From positions 186,001 to 250,000 of the IMG/VR virus record IMGVR_UViG_3300044213_000107: DNA of 64,000 nt. The stretch is one strand, 5' to 3'. Under the pieces are notes generated by a model. The model worked only from the letters and a program-made list of their open reading frames with translations. It had not been told where the DNA came from and did not search any database. Positions within the stretch are counted from its first letter, which is position 1. Each line of letters starts with the position of its first letter. Shown here in pieces: positions 9,378 to 16,545 of this stretch. The translations under genes and the position numbers were made by a program.

Positions 9378-9737
9378 TTACTGTTGCTCCCAATACATTT
9401 TGTTGTTGACTTGATAAAAATAATCTTTTTCTAAGTTTACCATGTCTGTGTAGTCTACTCTGTAATTTGTTGTTACTCCGTTGGCCCAGACCGTTATACG
9501 AACATAACTAGCAGGTTCACACTCAGGGCGTGGGCCAACTTTTTTATACTCAATGTTCCATCCAGTTTGTCCAGTTTTGACTCGAATACCCTGTCGCCAA
9601 TTTTGTATGATATTTTCAAATTGCTCTTGAGTTAAATGGTATGTATTTGTGCAGTTAGGTGATACTCTAATAGCAAAATCTACATCTCGTCGATCTTTAA
9701 AAAGATATATTTTTAATGGTTGTGAAAATTCTAACAT
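9378..9737 (-). CDS. hypothetical protein
   Basis: 119-aa ORF. Confidence 0.6.
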   Translation of the reverse strand: MLEFSQPLKIYLFKDRRDVDFAIRVSPNCTNTYHLTQEQFENIIQNWRQGIRVKTGQTGWNIEYKKVGPRPECEPASYVRITVWANGVTTNYRVDYTDMVNLEKDYFYQVNNKMYWEQQ

Positions 9738-9742
9738 AAAGT

Positions 9743-9816
9743 TGGAGCGGGTAGCGAGAATCGAACTCGCGAATAAACCTTGGCAAGGTTTCAGGTTACC
9801 ATTACATCATACCCGC
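9743..9816 (-). tRNA. tRNA-Gly(GCC), copy 1
   Basis: GCGGGTA/TACCCGC acceptor, U73, encoded CCA, loop CTTGCCAAG, TTCGATT. Confidence 0.95.
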
Positions 9817-9820
9817 ATTT

Positions 9821-10465
9821 TTATTCAAAAATGTTGTCTGGACTCATAACATGAATTTGTAATAATTCACGATATGGTATTTCTTTGTATTTCTTCCAAT
9901 TACTTGTGCAATGAACTTGCCGACCATTGAACAATACACCATCGCCGGCTACATAAGTGTAAACTCCATCAGCAGTTAGATAATCTACTAGATATTCGCC
10001 ATCATTAACACATGTATGATCTAAATCTTCAACTTCACTTAGATTACTTAACTTAGGCAATGTTTTAAAAACATCATTCCAGTTCATTACATAATCTCTA
10101 AACGCATCATTGTCTTGAAATTGTTCTTGCCATACTAGAGTTTTAAATTTAGGATTTGTATCCATGCTGATAACATATGTATAGCAAATACCTTCTTTGT
10201 CCCGGCCGTAGTCATCTATATGCAACTGATGTGCAAATGTTTGCCGTTGATACGCAGCCCATAAATTAGTTATATTTTTAAAATCCCGACGAGCAATATC
10301 TTCAATTATACGAAATTCGGGGGAGTCTTCGCGAATTTTTAATCTGTGATCCAACACTTCACCGTTAAGTTCATAGTTAACATATTTGTACCGTTCATTG
10401 TTTGTCCAGTAGGCTTTAAACTGTTCCACTTGATCCGGTGTTAGAATTTTTTCAATGTGCCTCAT
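9821..10465 (-). CDS. hypothetical protein, possible 2OG-Fe(II) oxygenase fold
   Basis: LHIDD ... QVHC ... R. Confidence 0.5.
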   Translation of the reverse strand: MRHIEKILTPDQVEQFKAYWTNNERYKYVNYELNGEVLDHRLKIREDSPEFRIIEDIARRDFKNITNLWAAYQRQTFAHQLHIDDYGRDKEGICYTYVISMDTNPKFKTLVWQEQFQDNDAFRDYVMNWNDVFKTLPKLSNLSEVEDLDHTCVNDGEYLVDYLTADGVYTYVAGDGVLFNGRQVHCTSNWKKYKEIPYRELLQIHVMSPDNIFE

Positions 10466-10683
10466 TGATTGCTTTTAACTCTTTTTAGATAATCTATACC
10501 AATTTTGCCTGCAGCAATTTCTGCAAGTGCAGTAGCAGATGGCCCACCAGCTTTGGCTACTTTTGGTTGATGTCCACGTTTAAGTTCACGTACTCTCGCG
10601 GCTGCAATTAATACTAAGTTAAATCTACCACCTACTTGTGCAGCAGCTTCGTCTGAACTATTGCGTGATGTAGTATTTACCAT
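10462..10683 (-). CDS. rpoZ: RNA polymerase omega subunit homolog
   Basis: GGRFNLVLIAAARVRELKRG...ALAEIAAGKI matches the omega core (NRFDLVLVAARRARQ...ALREI.EG). Confidence 0.88.
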   Translation of the reverse strand: MVNTTSRNSSDEAAAQVGGRFNLVLIAAARVRELKRGHQPKVAKAGGPSATALAEIAAGKIGIDYLKRVKSNQ

Positions 10684-10712
10684 GTTATCCTTTGTTTGTT
10701 GATTTTGTATTT

Positions 10713-10741
10713 ATTATACACAATGTCTATTGGATTGTCGA
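10713..10741 (-). promoter_or_regulatory. sigma70-type promoter of rpoZ
   Basis: TCGACA-N17-TATAAT, overlapping a TAAATA late motif. Confidence 0.6.
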
Positions 10742-10747
10742 TTAAAA

Positions 10748-10823
10748 TGGTGCCGCCTCTAGGTATCGAACCTAATTCTCTAGTGCTTCAAACTAGCGTG
10801 AGGACCTCCTTCACCAAAGCGGC
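10748..10823 (-). tRNA. tRNA-Phe(GAA)
   Basis: CTAGT-TTGAAGC-ACTAG anticodon arm, CCA. Confidence 0.9.
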
Positions 10824-10826
10824 ATA

Positions 10827-10901
10827 TGGTCCGGCCACCAGGAATCGAACCTGGATTACAAGATTAGAAGTCTCGGGTATTATCCATTATACGATGGCCA
10901 G
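10827..10901 (-). tRNA. tRNA-Arg(TCT)
   Basis: CGAGA-CTTCTAA-TCTTG, CCA. Confidence 0.95.
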
Positions 10902-10936
10902 CGTCTGTAAAATGGTGCGCTCGGAGGGACTTGAAC
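10898..10936. repeat. 39-bp direct repeat, copy 1 (tRNA-CAT T-loop to CCA, spacer, first 4 nt of tRNA-Arg)
   Basis: CCAGCGTCTGTAAAATGGTGCGCTCGGAGGGACTTGAAC; 37/39 identical to 12937-12975. Confidence 0.92.
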
Positions 10937-10971
10937 ATTTTTATTATTCATTATACGAACGCTAGAGATTT

Positions 10972-11409
10972 TTATAGTATAGCCGATAACCAATCAGTAT
11001 ACAATAAATTTTTATGTATTTTTATTTTCATTATCCCAGGAAAACTCATAAAGGAATGAGTCTTCCATACCTTGTTGCTTGTATCTTTGTACACAGATAT
11101 TTTAGATATGCTATTGATAAAATCTATAGTATCCACTGTTAACCTTTCCAACACAATATATAAATCTTCAGTTATATCATTGTTGGAATCAATTTTTGTG
11201 TCTGTTAGTTCCTTATTAACAAATTCTATTGAAACACTGGTTAAATCAGAATTAACAGGAATATTATAATGATGTATTTCTTCTATATCATTTTTATGTT
11301 CAATCGCATATTCGTACACACATAATTTATTGTTTATAAAAATGTTATATACAGGTTTTTTAGTAGACGTTGAATGGAGTAGCAACGATAGGGATAACTT
11401 TTTTGTCAT
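10972..11409 (-). CDS. hypothetical protein in the tRNA-inserted cassette
   Basis: 145-aa ORF overlapping the radical SAM C-terminus. Confidence 0.65.
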   Translation of the reverse strand: MTKKLSLSLLLHSTSTKKPVYNIFINNKLCVYEYAIEHKNDIEEIHHYNIPVNSDLTSVSIEFVNKELTDTKIDSNNDITEDLYIVLERLTVDTIDFINSISKISVYKDTSNKVWKTHSFMSFPGIMKIKIHKNLLYTDWLSAIL

Positions 11410-12892
11410 TTTGCTTGTGCTCTAAATATTTTTGCTCTAATCCTTCGATCTCTAATAATTTTTCATTTTGTCGGTTGATTTCAGAATAATACCCATATTC
11501 CTGCATTACTTCAACAAATCTTTTCCATCTGTTTACTCTAACATCAAATGTATTGTTTACAAATTGTGTGCTAGTCCAGAAAAAATCGCCCCACTGGTCA
11601 TGCCTATTATGTTCAAGACCGTATTCATCTGCATATCGTTGCATGAACCCGCTTCCATTTGTTAGCACCATTGGCAAAGATAAAAATACTTTTATCATAT
11701 TGTTAGTTGTTAAGTGGGCATGAGTTTTAAGTAAATCGATACTTTGTTGGAAATCATCTTCCGTTTCGGTGGGATATCCTACAAACATTAACCATACTTG
11801 TTTTATACCTTTATCAAAACAATTTTCAGCAAACCAAGTTATATCTTCATTACTGAATTTCTTCTTCATATCGTTACGAACTTTTTCACTACCCGACTCT
11901 ATGCCTACTTTAAACAATTTCGCTCCGGCAGTTGATGCTAGTTTAAAATCTGATTCAGGCATGGATATTTTAGATCGACAAATGGCATAGCCAGAATATT
12001 CTATTCTATTGGGAATTTCTTCAGTTAATACCGTATTCATTAAACGATAATTTGTGATACTCCCATTCACAAGATTGTCAGTAAACTCAAACTTATTAAT
12101 ACCATATTTAGAATGTGTTTCGATAATTTCACGTGCTATATCATTACCTTTTCTGTAGACGAATTTTGGCCAAGACGACTGCACATCGCAAAATGTACAC
12201 TCTCTGACACATCCTTTACTGCCAGTAACCGGTATAGTTAAATTTTTATTTTTGTAACTTGGATACAATGAAAAATTATATCCTTCCCATGAAGGTGCAG
12301 GTGTGTTACTAAGTGCCTCTGCAGATACAGGAGGTGCAGTGTGTATTCCTTTTTTCTTATTTTGGATGACAGAAATCAAATCATTTTCCGCATCCCCACG
12401 ATACACAGAATCTATCGGAAGATAATCCATGAAATAATTAGCATAATTAATTCCACTGATTCGTTCGTTGTTATCTAGACCTCTGCCACCTATCATTATG
12501 TAACTGTTAGGCGATATCTCTCGAACTATAGTGGATAAAGGTACAACAAAATCTAAACTTTGGCTAGAAAATACAGACAATAAAATTGTATCCGGATTAA
12601 AATTTTTTATTTGTTGTTTAACAGCTTTTCTAAGCCATTTTAAAATTTTTAAAATATTAATGCTATTTGCCGGTCTGTACCCTCTTATGGCAAACATATC
12701 TACTATTATATTCCATTGATCTGCAAATTCGCTAAACAAATCAATATTTAGGTCCCAAACTTTACTATTGTATCCATTATGTTTTAAAATGCCGTTTATA
12801 ACTGCAGGGCCGTATGGAACATCTCCGAAACTTTCTATTCCTGTATTAACAACTCTTACTGGAACTACTATTGTAAGGACATTTTTATTCAT
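11360..12892 (-). CDS. cobalamin-binding (class B-like) radical SAM protein
   Basis: N-terminal B12-binding-like domain (PYGPAVI...GG...GDAE), KGCVRECTFC, GIESGS, FVGYPTET. Confidence 0.85.
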   Translation of the reverse strand: MNKNVLTIVVPVRVVNTGIESFGDVPYGPAVINGILKHNGYNSKVWDLNIDLFSEFADQWNIIVDMFAIRGYRPANSINILKILKWLRKAVKQQIKNFNPDTILLSVFSSQSLDFVVPLSTIVREISPNSYIMIGGRGLDNNERISGINYANYFMDYLPIDSVYRGDAENDLISVIQNKKKGIHTAPPVSAEALSNTPAPSWEGYNFSLYPSYKNKNLTIPVTGSKGCVRECTFCDVQSSWPKFVYRKGNDIAREIIETHSKYGINKFEFTDNLVNGSITNYRLMNTVLTEEIPNRIEYSGYAICRSKISMPESDFKLASTAGAKLFKVGIESGSEKVRNDMKKKFSNEDITWFAENCFDKGIKQVWLMFVGYPTETEDDFQQSIDLLKTHAHLTTNNMIKVFLSLPMVLTNGSGFMQRYADEYGLEHNRHDQWGDFFWTSTQFVNNTFDVRVNRWKRFVEVMQEYGYYSEINRQNEKLLEIEGLEQKYLEHKQNDKKVIPIVATPFNVY

Positions 12893-12936
12893 AGTAATAT
12901 TTAGTAGACTAAACCAACCCAGTATACTATCTTATA

Positions 12937-12975
12937 CCAGCATCTGTAAAATGGTGCGCTTGGAGGGACTTGAAC
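12937..12975. repeat. 39-bp direct repeat, copy 2
   Basis: CCAGCATCTGTAAAATGGTGCGCTTGGAGGGACTTGAAC. Confidence 0.92.
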
Positions 12976-13028
12976 CCCCGACCAAGCGATTATGAGTCGC
13001 CTGCTCTGACCAACTGAGCTACAAGCGC
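12952..13028 (-). tRNA. tRNA-CAT (Ile2/lysidine or elongator Met)
   Basis: GGCGA-CTCATAA-TCGCT, canonical cloverleaf, CCA. Confidence 0.93.
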
Positions 13029-13034
13029 ATTAAC

Positions 13035-13120
13035 TGGTGCGACTGGCCGGAATCGAACCGGCACGGGAAAATCCCGGCAGATTTTAAGTCTGCTGCGGCT
13101 ACCGATTACGCCACAGTCGC
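13035..13120 (-). tRNA. tRNA-Leu(TAA)
   Basis: GCAGA-CTTAAAA-TCTGC, long variable arm. Confidence 0.95.
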
Positions 13121-13126
13121 TTATCC

Positions 13127-13202
13127 TGGTGCCGGAGAAAGGAGTCGAACCCTCGACCTTCGCATTACAAGTGCGCTGCTCTACCAACTGAGCTACTCCG
13201 GC
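13127..13202 (-). tRNA. tRNA-Thr(TGT)
   Basis: CGCA-CTTGTAA-TGCG. Confidence 0.95.
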
Positions 13203-13212
13203 TAAAACTTTT

Positions 13213-13305
13213 TGGCGGAGCGGGAGGGATTCGAACCCTCGATACAGTTCATCACCGTATGACACCTTAGCAGGGTGCTGACTTCAGCCGCTCATCCACC
13301 GCTCC
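13213..13305 (-). tRNA. tRNA-Ser(GCT)
   Basis: GCACC-CTGCTAA-GGTGT, long variable arm, G73. Confidence 0.95.
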
Positions 13306-13311
13306 AAATCC

Positions 13312-13387
13312 TGGTGGTCAGAAGAGCACTCGAAGCTCCACATTCATCCTTATGAGGGATGCTCTCTTCCTCTTAAGATATCTGACC
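13312..13387 (-). tRNA. tRNA-CAT (probably elongator Met), atypical D arm
   Basis: CATCC-CTCATAA-GGATG, T arm GGAGC-TTCGAGT-GCTCT, CCA. Confidence 0.85.
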
Positions 13388-13476
13388 ATATAAAAACACA
13401 CTCTTATCAATATCCCAGCGGTCGACTCGGTTTAACAGGGCCCAACGTAGAGGGTCGGGCGAATGTGTTTTTATAT
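13388..13476 (-). ncRNA. candidate structured RNA of about 89 nt filling a tRNA spacer
   Basis: 16-bp closing stem ATATAAAAACACATTC/GAGTGTGTTTTTATAT abutting tRNA ends on both sides; inner CCCGAC/GTTGGG hairpin. Confidence 0.6.
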
Positions 13477-13513
13477 GGTAGGAGCACGGGGATTTGAACC
13501 CTGAACCTATCAA
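13476..13513 (-). pseudogene. tRNA 3'-half remnant fused to the HNH stop codon
   Basis: TTGAT-AGGTT-CAGGG-TTCAAAT-CCCCG-TGCTCCT-A-CCA, with no matching 5' half found. Confidence 0.7.
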
Positions 13514-14085
13514 TGACTGAGTAGTCGTTTTGCCCTGGCGTGGCTAGCACCCTTGTCAGGCAACCCAACACTTCTCAATGCTTCTGAAATAGTATTATGT
13601 TTCTTAACAGCCTCTAATAATACTTCATCCGGAACAATTCTTTTTTTGTTATTTCTTCCTCGCCAAGTCTTAGTTTTTGAATGACAATTAGGACAAATAC
13701 ATTCTAAATTAGATCGGTCATTATTTTTTGTATCACCGTCTTTATGCTCTAATTCTAAAACAATAGGATCACCCATCCATTCTGAAATTCCACAATGGTT
13801 ACACTTATGACCTTGCTCTTCTAATACCCGTCGCTTTCTATTCTCGCTACCTAATTTTTCAAAAGGTGTGGATTGGTATTTCTCTAATGCCCAAGCTGTT
13901 GTCTTGGCACTTCGTAATCTTATTTCCTCGGTTGTAATTGGAGTTTTTCTAGTCCAACGACCGGCATTAGCAATACTTTTCTTCTTTTTGCTTTCTTCAG
14001 TAAACACTCTACTATTTGAACATTTTCTAGAACAGAATGTTCCAGGCTTAGTATGTGCTGTATTACATTTAGGACAATTTTTCAT
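13510..14085 (-). CDS. HNH homing endonuclease
   Basis: CPKC...FCSRKC zinc finger; CNHC...LELEHKDGDTKNNDRSNLECICPNCH. Confidence 0.92.
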   Translation of the reverse strand: MKNCPKCNTAHTKPGTFCSRKCSNSRVFTEESKKKKSIANAGRWTRKTPITTEEIRLRSAKTTAWALEKYQSTPFEKLGSENRKRRVLEEQGHKCNHCGISEWMGDPIVLELEHKDGDTKNNDRSNLECICPNCHSKTKTWRGRNNKKRIVPDEVLLEAVKKHNTISEALRSVGLPDKGASHARAKRLLSH

Positions 14086-14149
14086 AATATTGAACTCTTA
14101 CTTGTTATACTTTATTTATACTTAAAGTTCAATTTTATCAAAAATCAGT

Positions 14150-14223
14150 TGGTAGGCCCGGAGGGTACTGACCCCTCTTTTACGGATTAAAAGTCCGTTA
14201 CTTCACCTTAAAGTTTCAAGCCC
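14150..14223 (-). tRNA. tRNA-Lys(TTT) with non-canonical T-loop
   Basis: ACGGA-CTTTTAA-TCCGT; T arm GAGGG-GTCAGTA-CCCTC. Confidence 0.8.
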
Positions 14224-14228
14224 GTATG

Positions 14229-14304
14229 TGGTCCTTGCTCAGAGAATCGAACTCTGTTAGTCCGGGTAAGAGCCGGATACTTCGCCAGCAAAGTTTAGCA
14301 AGGA
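14229..14304 (-). tRNA. tRNA-Lys(CTT)
   Basis: TCCGG-CTCTTAC-CCGGA, CCA. Confidence 0.88.
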
Positions 14305-14311
14305 TGGTTTG

Positions 14312-14363
14312 TATTAACGAGTTCTTTAATGTCTTACAAACATATTAAAGAGTTCTTTAATGT
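14312..14363. repeat. 21-bp direct repeat, 2 copies, 1 mismatch
   Basis: TATTAA(C/A)GAGTTCTTTAATGT at 14312 and 14343. Confidence 0.85.
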
Positions 14364-14399
14364 GCCATCCCAGGACCAATACGGGGTCTTAGGATGACA

Positions 14400-14420
14400 C
14401 TACTGTTTACCTTGTTTCAT
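14400..14420 (-). other. 6-codon minigene MKQGKQ followed by a long hairpin (14362-14400)
   Basis: AAAGGAA SD, ATG AAA CAA GGT AAA CAG TAG, then GTGTCATCCTAAGACC/GGTCCTGGGATGGCAC. Confidence 0.5.
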
Positions 14421-14447
14421 GTCAAATTCCTTTGTGTTAAAAATGCT

Positions 14448-14476
14448 ATTATACAACTATCACAGCCAGTTGTCAA
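14448..14476 (-). promoter_or_regulatory. perfect sigma70 consensus promoter inside the tRNA array
   Basis: TTGACA-N17-TATAAT. Confidence 0.85.
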
Positions 14477-14484
14477 CTGTTTTT

Positions 14485-14559
14485 TGGTACCCGGTGCTGG
14501 AATTGAACCAGCGACCCTTGCGTTATCAGCACAATGCTCTACCCCTGAGCTAACCGGGT
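14485..14559 (-). tRNA. tRNA-Ile(GAT)
   Basis: TTGTG-CTGATAA-CGCAA. Confidence 0.95.
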
Positions 14560-14577
14560 ATTTTAATAAATATGTGT

Positions 14578-14757
14578 ATGATCTCTGAAGAAATTGAAAA
14601 CTCTTGGAAATACTTGTATAGATTCGTAGACGAATCCTACAAACCAAAATCATTTTGGTGTACACCCAGCGAGTTCAAACTTGAAGAACTGCCACAAATT
14701 GGTACCTCCGGAGAGACTCGAACTCCCGACTCTTTCGTTCGTAGCGAAATACTCTAA
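14578..14757 (+). CDS. small hypothetical protein antisense to the tRNA array
   Basis: TAAATA-N5-ATG; C-terminus overlaps tRNA-Arg(ACG) on the opposite strand. Confidence 0.45.
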   Translation: MISEEIENSWKYLYRFVDESYKPKSFWCTPSEFKLEELPQIGTSGETRTPDSFVRSEIL

Positions 14758-14776
14758 TCCACTGAGTTACGGAGGC
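14700..14776 (-). tRNA. tRNA-Arg(ACG)
   Basis: TTTCG-CTACGAA-CGAAA. Confidence 0.95.
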
Positions 14777-14779
14777 ATA

Positions 14780-14854
14780 TGGGGTGCGATACGAGAATCG
14801 AACTCGCGATAGCGGAATCACAACCCGCGGTTTTGCCACTAAACTAATCACACC
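14780..14854 (-). tRNA. tRNA-His(GTG) with encoded G-1
   Basis: Loop TTGTGAT, C73, extra 5' G. Confidence 0.93.
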
Positions 14855-14888
14855 ATATCAATAAATACTTGCAGGTACCAAGATAAGT

Positions 14889-15467
14889 ATGGAACACAAT
14901 TTAAATCTACAATATACACAAATACGTGATTATGTATTTGCATTATCTATACAATTTCCTTACTCCGACGAAGAAATTTTATCTGCAGCAAATACCGAGA
15001 TTCTTGAACGATGGGTTGGTCCCGGTGATAGGTACCGAACAAATTCTCCACAATCTAAAATATTAAAAGATATATTTGAAATATTTAAAGATCCTGCGAT
15101 ATTTAAACAACAAATATTAGATACGTTATACGCCACTGAAAAATACAAATATTTCTGGATTCGCAGCAAACAAGATTTGTTTACATCTTCAAGATTAAGT
15201 GTCGCACTCTACAAAGATTCTGCCAAATATTATTTAAAAAATCACCTGGATCCAAGAGACGTTATTGTATCAGGAATGTATTATCTCACAAAGTCAGATT
15301 TACAATATACAACAATCTACACTTCGGAAAATAATGATAATCCAATACAACTACTACCCAGTCAATACCAAGGTTGGATGTTAGCCAACACTGAAAATAG
15401 TTGGCACGATGGCAGAAATGAAGATTCTGTTGATAGGATTGCCATTTATTATGATTTGTATCTATAA
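14889..15467 (+). CDS. putative 2OG-Fe(II) oxygenase-fold protein
   Basis: NHLD...SGMYYL...SWHDG...DR, same layout as 2857-3495. Confidence 0.55.
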   Translation: MEHNLNLQYTQIRDYVFALSIQFPYSDEEILSAANTEILERWVGPGDRYRTNSPQSKILKDIFEIFKDPAIFKQQILDTLYATEKYKYFWIRSKQDLFTSSRLSVALYKDSAKYYLKNHLDPRDVIVSGMYYLTKSDLQYTTIYTSENNDNPIQLLPSQYQGWMLANTENSWHDGRNEDSVDRIAIYYDLYL

Positions 15468-15469
15468 CT

Positions 15470-15543
15470 TGGCGACCCATGAAGGAATCGAACCTCCGTC
15501 CTTAGTTTTGGAGACTAGTACACTACCATTGTGCTAATGGGCC
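15470..15543 (-). tRNA. tRNA-Trp(CCA)
   Basis: Loop CTCCAAA, G73. Confidence 0.93.
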
Positions 15544-15547
15544 AAAT

Positions 15548-15633
15548 TGGTGGAAGTCCAGGGACTCGAACCCCGTATGCCGTAAGACGTCGGATTTACA
15601 GTCCGATGCAGTAACCTGTTCTGCTCGACTTCC
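15548..15633 (-). tRNA. tRNA-Tyr(GTA)
   Basis: TCGGA-CTGTAAA-TCCGA, long variable arm. Confidence 0.95.
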
Positions 15634-15639
15634 TTTATG

Positions 15640-15724
15640 TGGTGCGGATGGTGAGACTCGAACTCACACACCTTACGGTAATGGCTTCTAAGACCATCTC
15701 GGCTACCAGTTACGACACATCCGC
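15640..15724 (-). tRNA. tRNA-Leu(TAG)
   Basis: ATGGT-CTTAGAA-GCCAT, long variable arm. Confidence 0.93.
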
Positions 15725-15731
15725 AAAAACT

Positions 15732-15805
15732 TGGAGCGGGATAGGAGAATCGAACTCCTAACTAAACCTTGGCAAGGTTTCGTTTGACCATTAAACTAAT
15801 CCCGC
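15732..15805 (-). tRNA. tRNA-Gly(GCC), copy 2
   Basis: Same anticodon arm as 9743-9816, different D and T arms. Confidence 0.95.
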
Positions 15806-15818
15806 AACTCCGAAAACA

Positions 15819-15894
15819 TGGCTGTCTAGGCAGGGATCGAACCTACGACAGGGTGATTAACAGTCACCTGCTCTACCAACTGAGCTACTAGACA
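15819..15894 (-). tRNA. tRNA-Asn(GTT)
   Basis: GGTGA-CTGTTAA-TCACC. Confidence 0.95.
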
Positions 15895-15906
15895 ATATTT
15901 ATACTC

Positions 15907-15980
15907 TGGTGCCTCGTGACAGAATCGAACTGCCGTCTGCACCGTGTAAGGATGCGGCCCTACCATTAGACGAACGAGGC
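15907..15980 (-). tRNA. tRNA-Val(TAC)
   Basis: GCATC-CTTACAC-GGTGC. Confidence 0.93.
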
Positions 15981-16052
15981 GAAATTTGGCGCCGATTTTT
16001 GTCATTTTAACTGAGGCTAACGAGCACTCCCTCAGATTAGTTGCAACTTATT

Positions 16053-16126
16053 TGGTGGAGAAGGAGAGAATCGAACTCTCAATTGAAGCTTGCAAAGCTA
16101 CCGTTATCCCATTTAACTACATCCCC
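16053..16126 (-). tRNA. tRNA-Ala(TGC)
   Basis: G3-U70 pair, loop TTTGCAA. Confidence 0.95.
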
Positions 16127-16130
16127 AAAA

Positions 16131-16280
16131 TTATTCTTTAGTTTGTTCTTTGTGTTCTAGTAGTTTTTGTTGATATTGATCTTCAGTTAAACCATGCCAA
16201 CCACAACACTTACCGTCTGGGCTACGGCCACAACCGCATTTACCAATGTCTTCTGCATTTTCTTGTACTCTCATTTGCAT
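16131..16280 (-). CDS. 49-aa CDGSH-like iron-sulfur/zinc-finger miniprotein (not in the ORF track)
   Basis: MQMRVQENAEDIGKCGCGRSPDGKCCGWHGLTEDQYQQ...; CxCxxS...CxGxH; AAGGA SD. Confidence 0.7.
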   Translation of the reverse strand: MQMRVQENAEDIGKCGCGRSPDGKCCGWHGLTEDQYQQKLLEHKEQTKE

Positions 16281-16300
16281 GCATTTCCTTTATTAAAAAA

Positions 16301-16377
16301 TGGTCCGTGTGACACGATTCGAACATGCGACCACCTGGTCCCAAACCAGGAGCTCTACCAGGCTGAGCTACACACGG
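16301..16377 (-). tRNA. tRNA-Pro(TGG)
   Basis: CCTGG-TTTGGGA-CCAGG. Confidence 0.95.
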
Positions 16378-16382
16378 AAAAC

Positions 16383-16457
16383 TGGATGCGGGAGACGGAA
16401 TTGCACCGCCGATCTTCAGGTTATGAGCCTGATGAGTTACTACTTCTCCATCCCGCG
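16383..16457 (-). tRNA. tRNA-fMet(CAT)
   Basis: C1:A72 mismatch, TCAGG-CTCATAA-CCTGA, T-loop TGCAATT. Confidence 0.88.
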
Positions 16458-16465
16458 ATAAACAA

Positions 16466-16539
16466 TGGTAAGGGAACTAGGAATCGAACCTAGAATAGCA
16501 GAATCAAAATCTGTTGTGATACCATTTCACTATTCCCCA
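16466..16539 (-). tRNA. tRNA-Gln(TTG)
   Basis: Loop TTTTGAT, unpaired 1:72. Confidence 0.92.
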
Positions 16540-16545
16540 ACGATG

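Noticed and set aside
13476-14150. Group I intron in a tRNA, or a tmRNA 3' end
   Set aside because: No 5' exon upstream of the HNH, no recognisable P7/catalytic core, and no G3-U70 alanine acceptor or tag reading frame.
14312-14363. Possible mini-CRISPR array
   Set aside because: Only two 21-bp copies with a 10-nt gap; no spacer-sized intervals and no cas genes.
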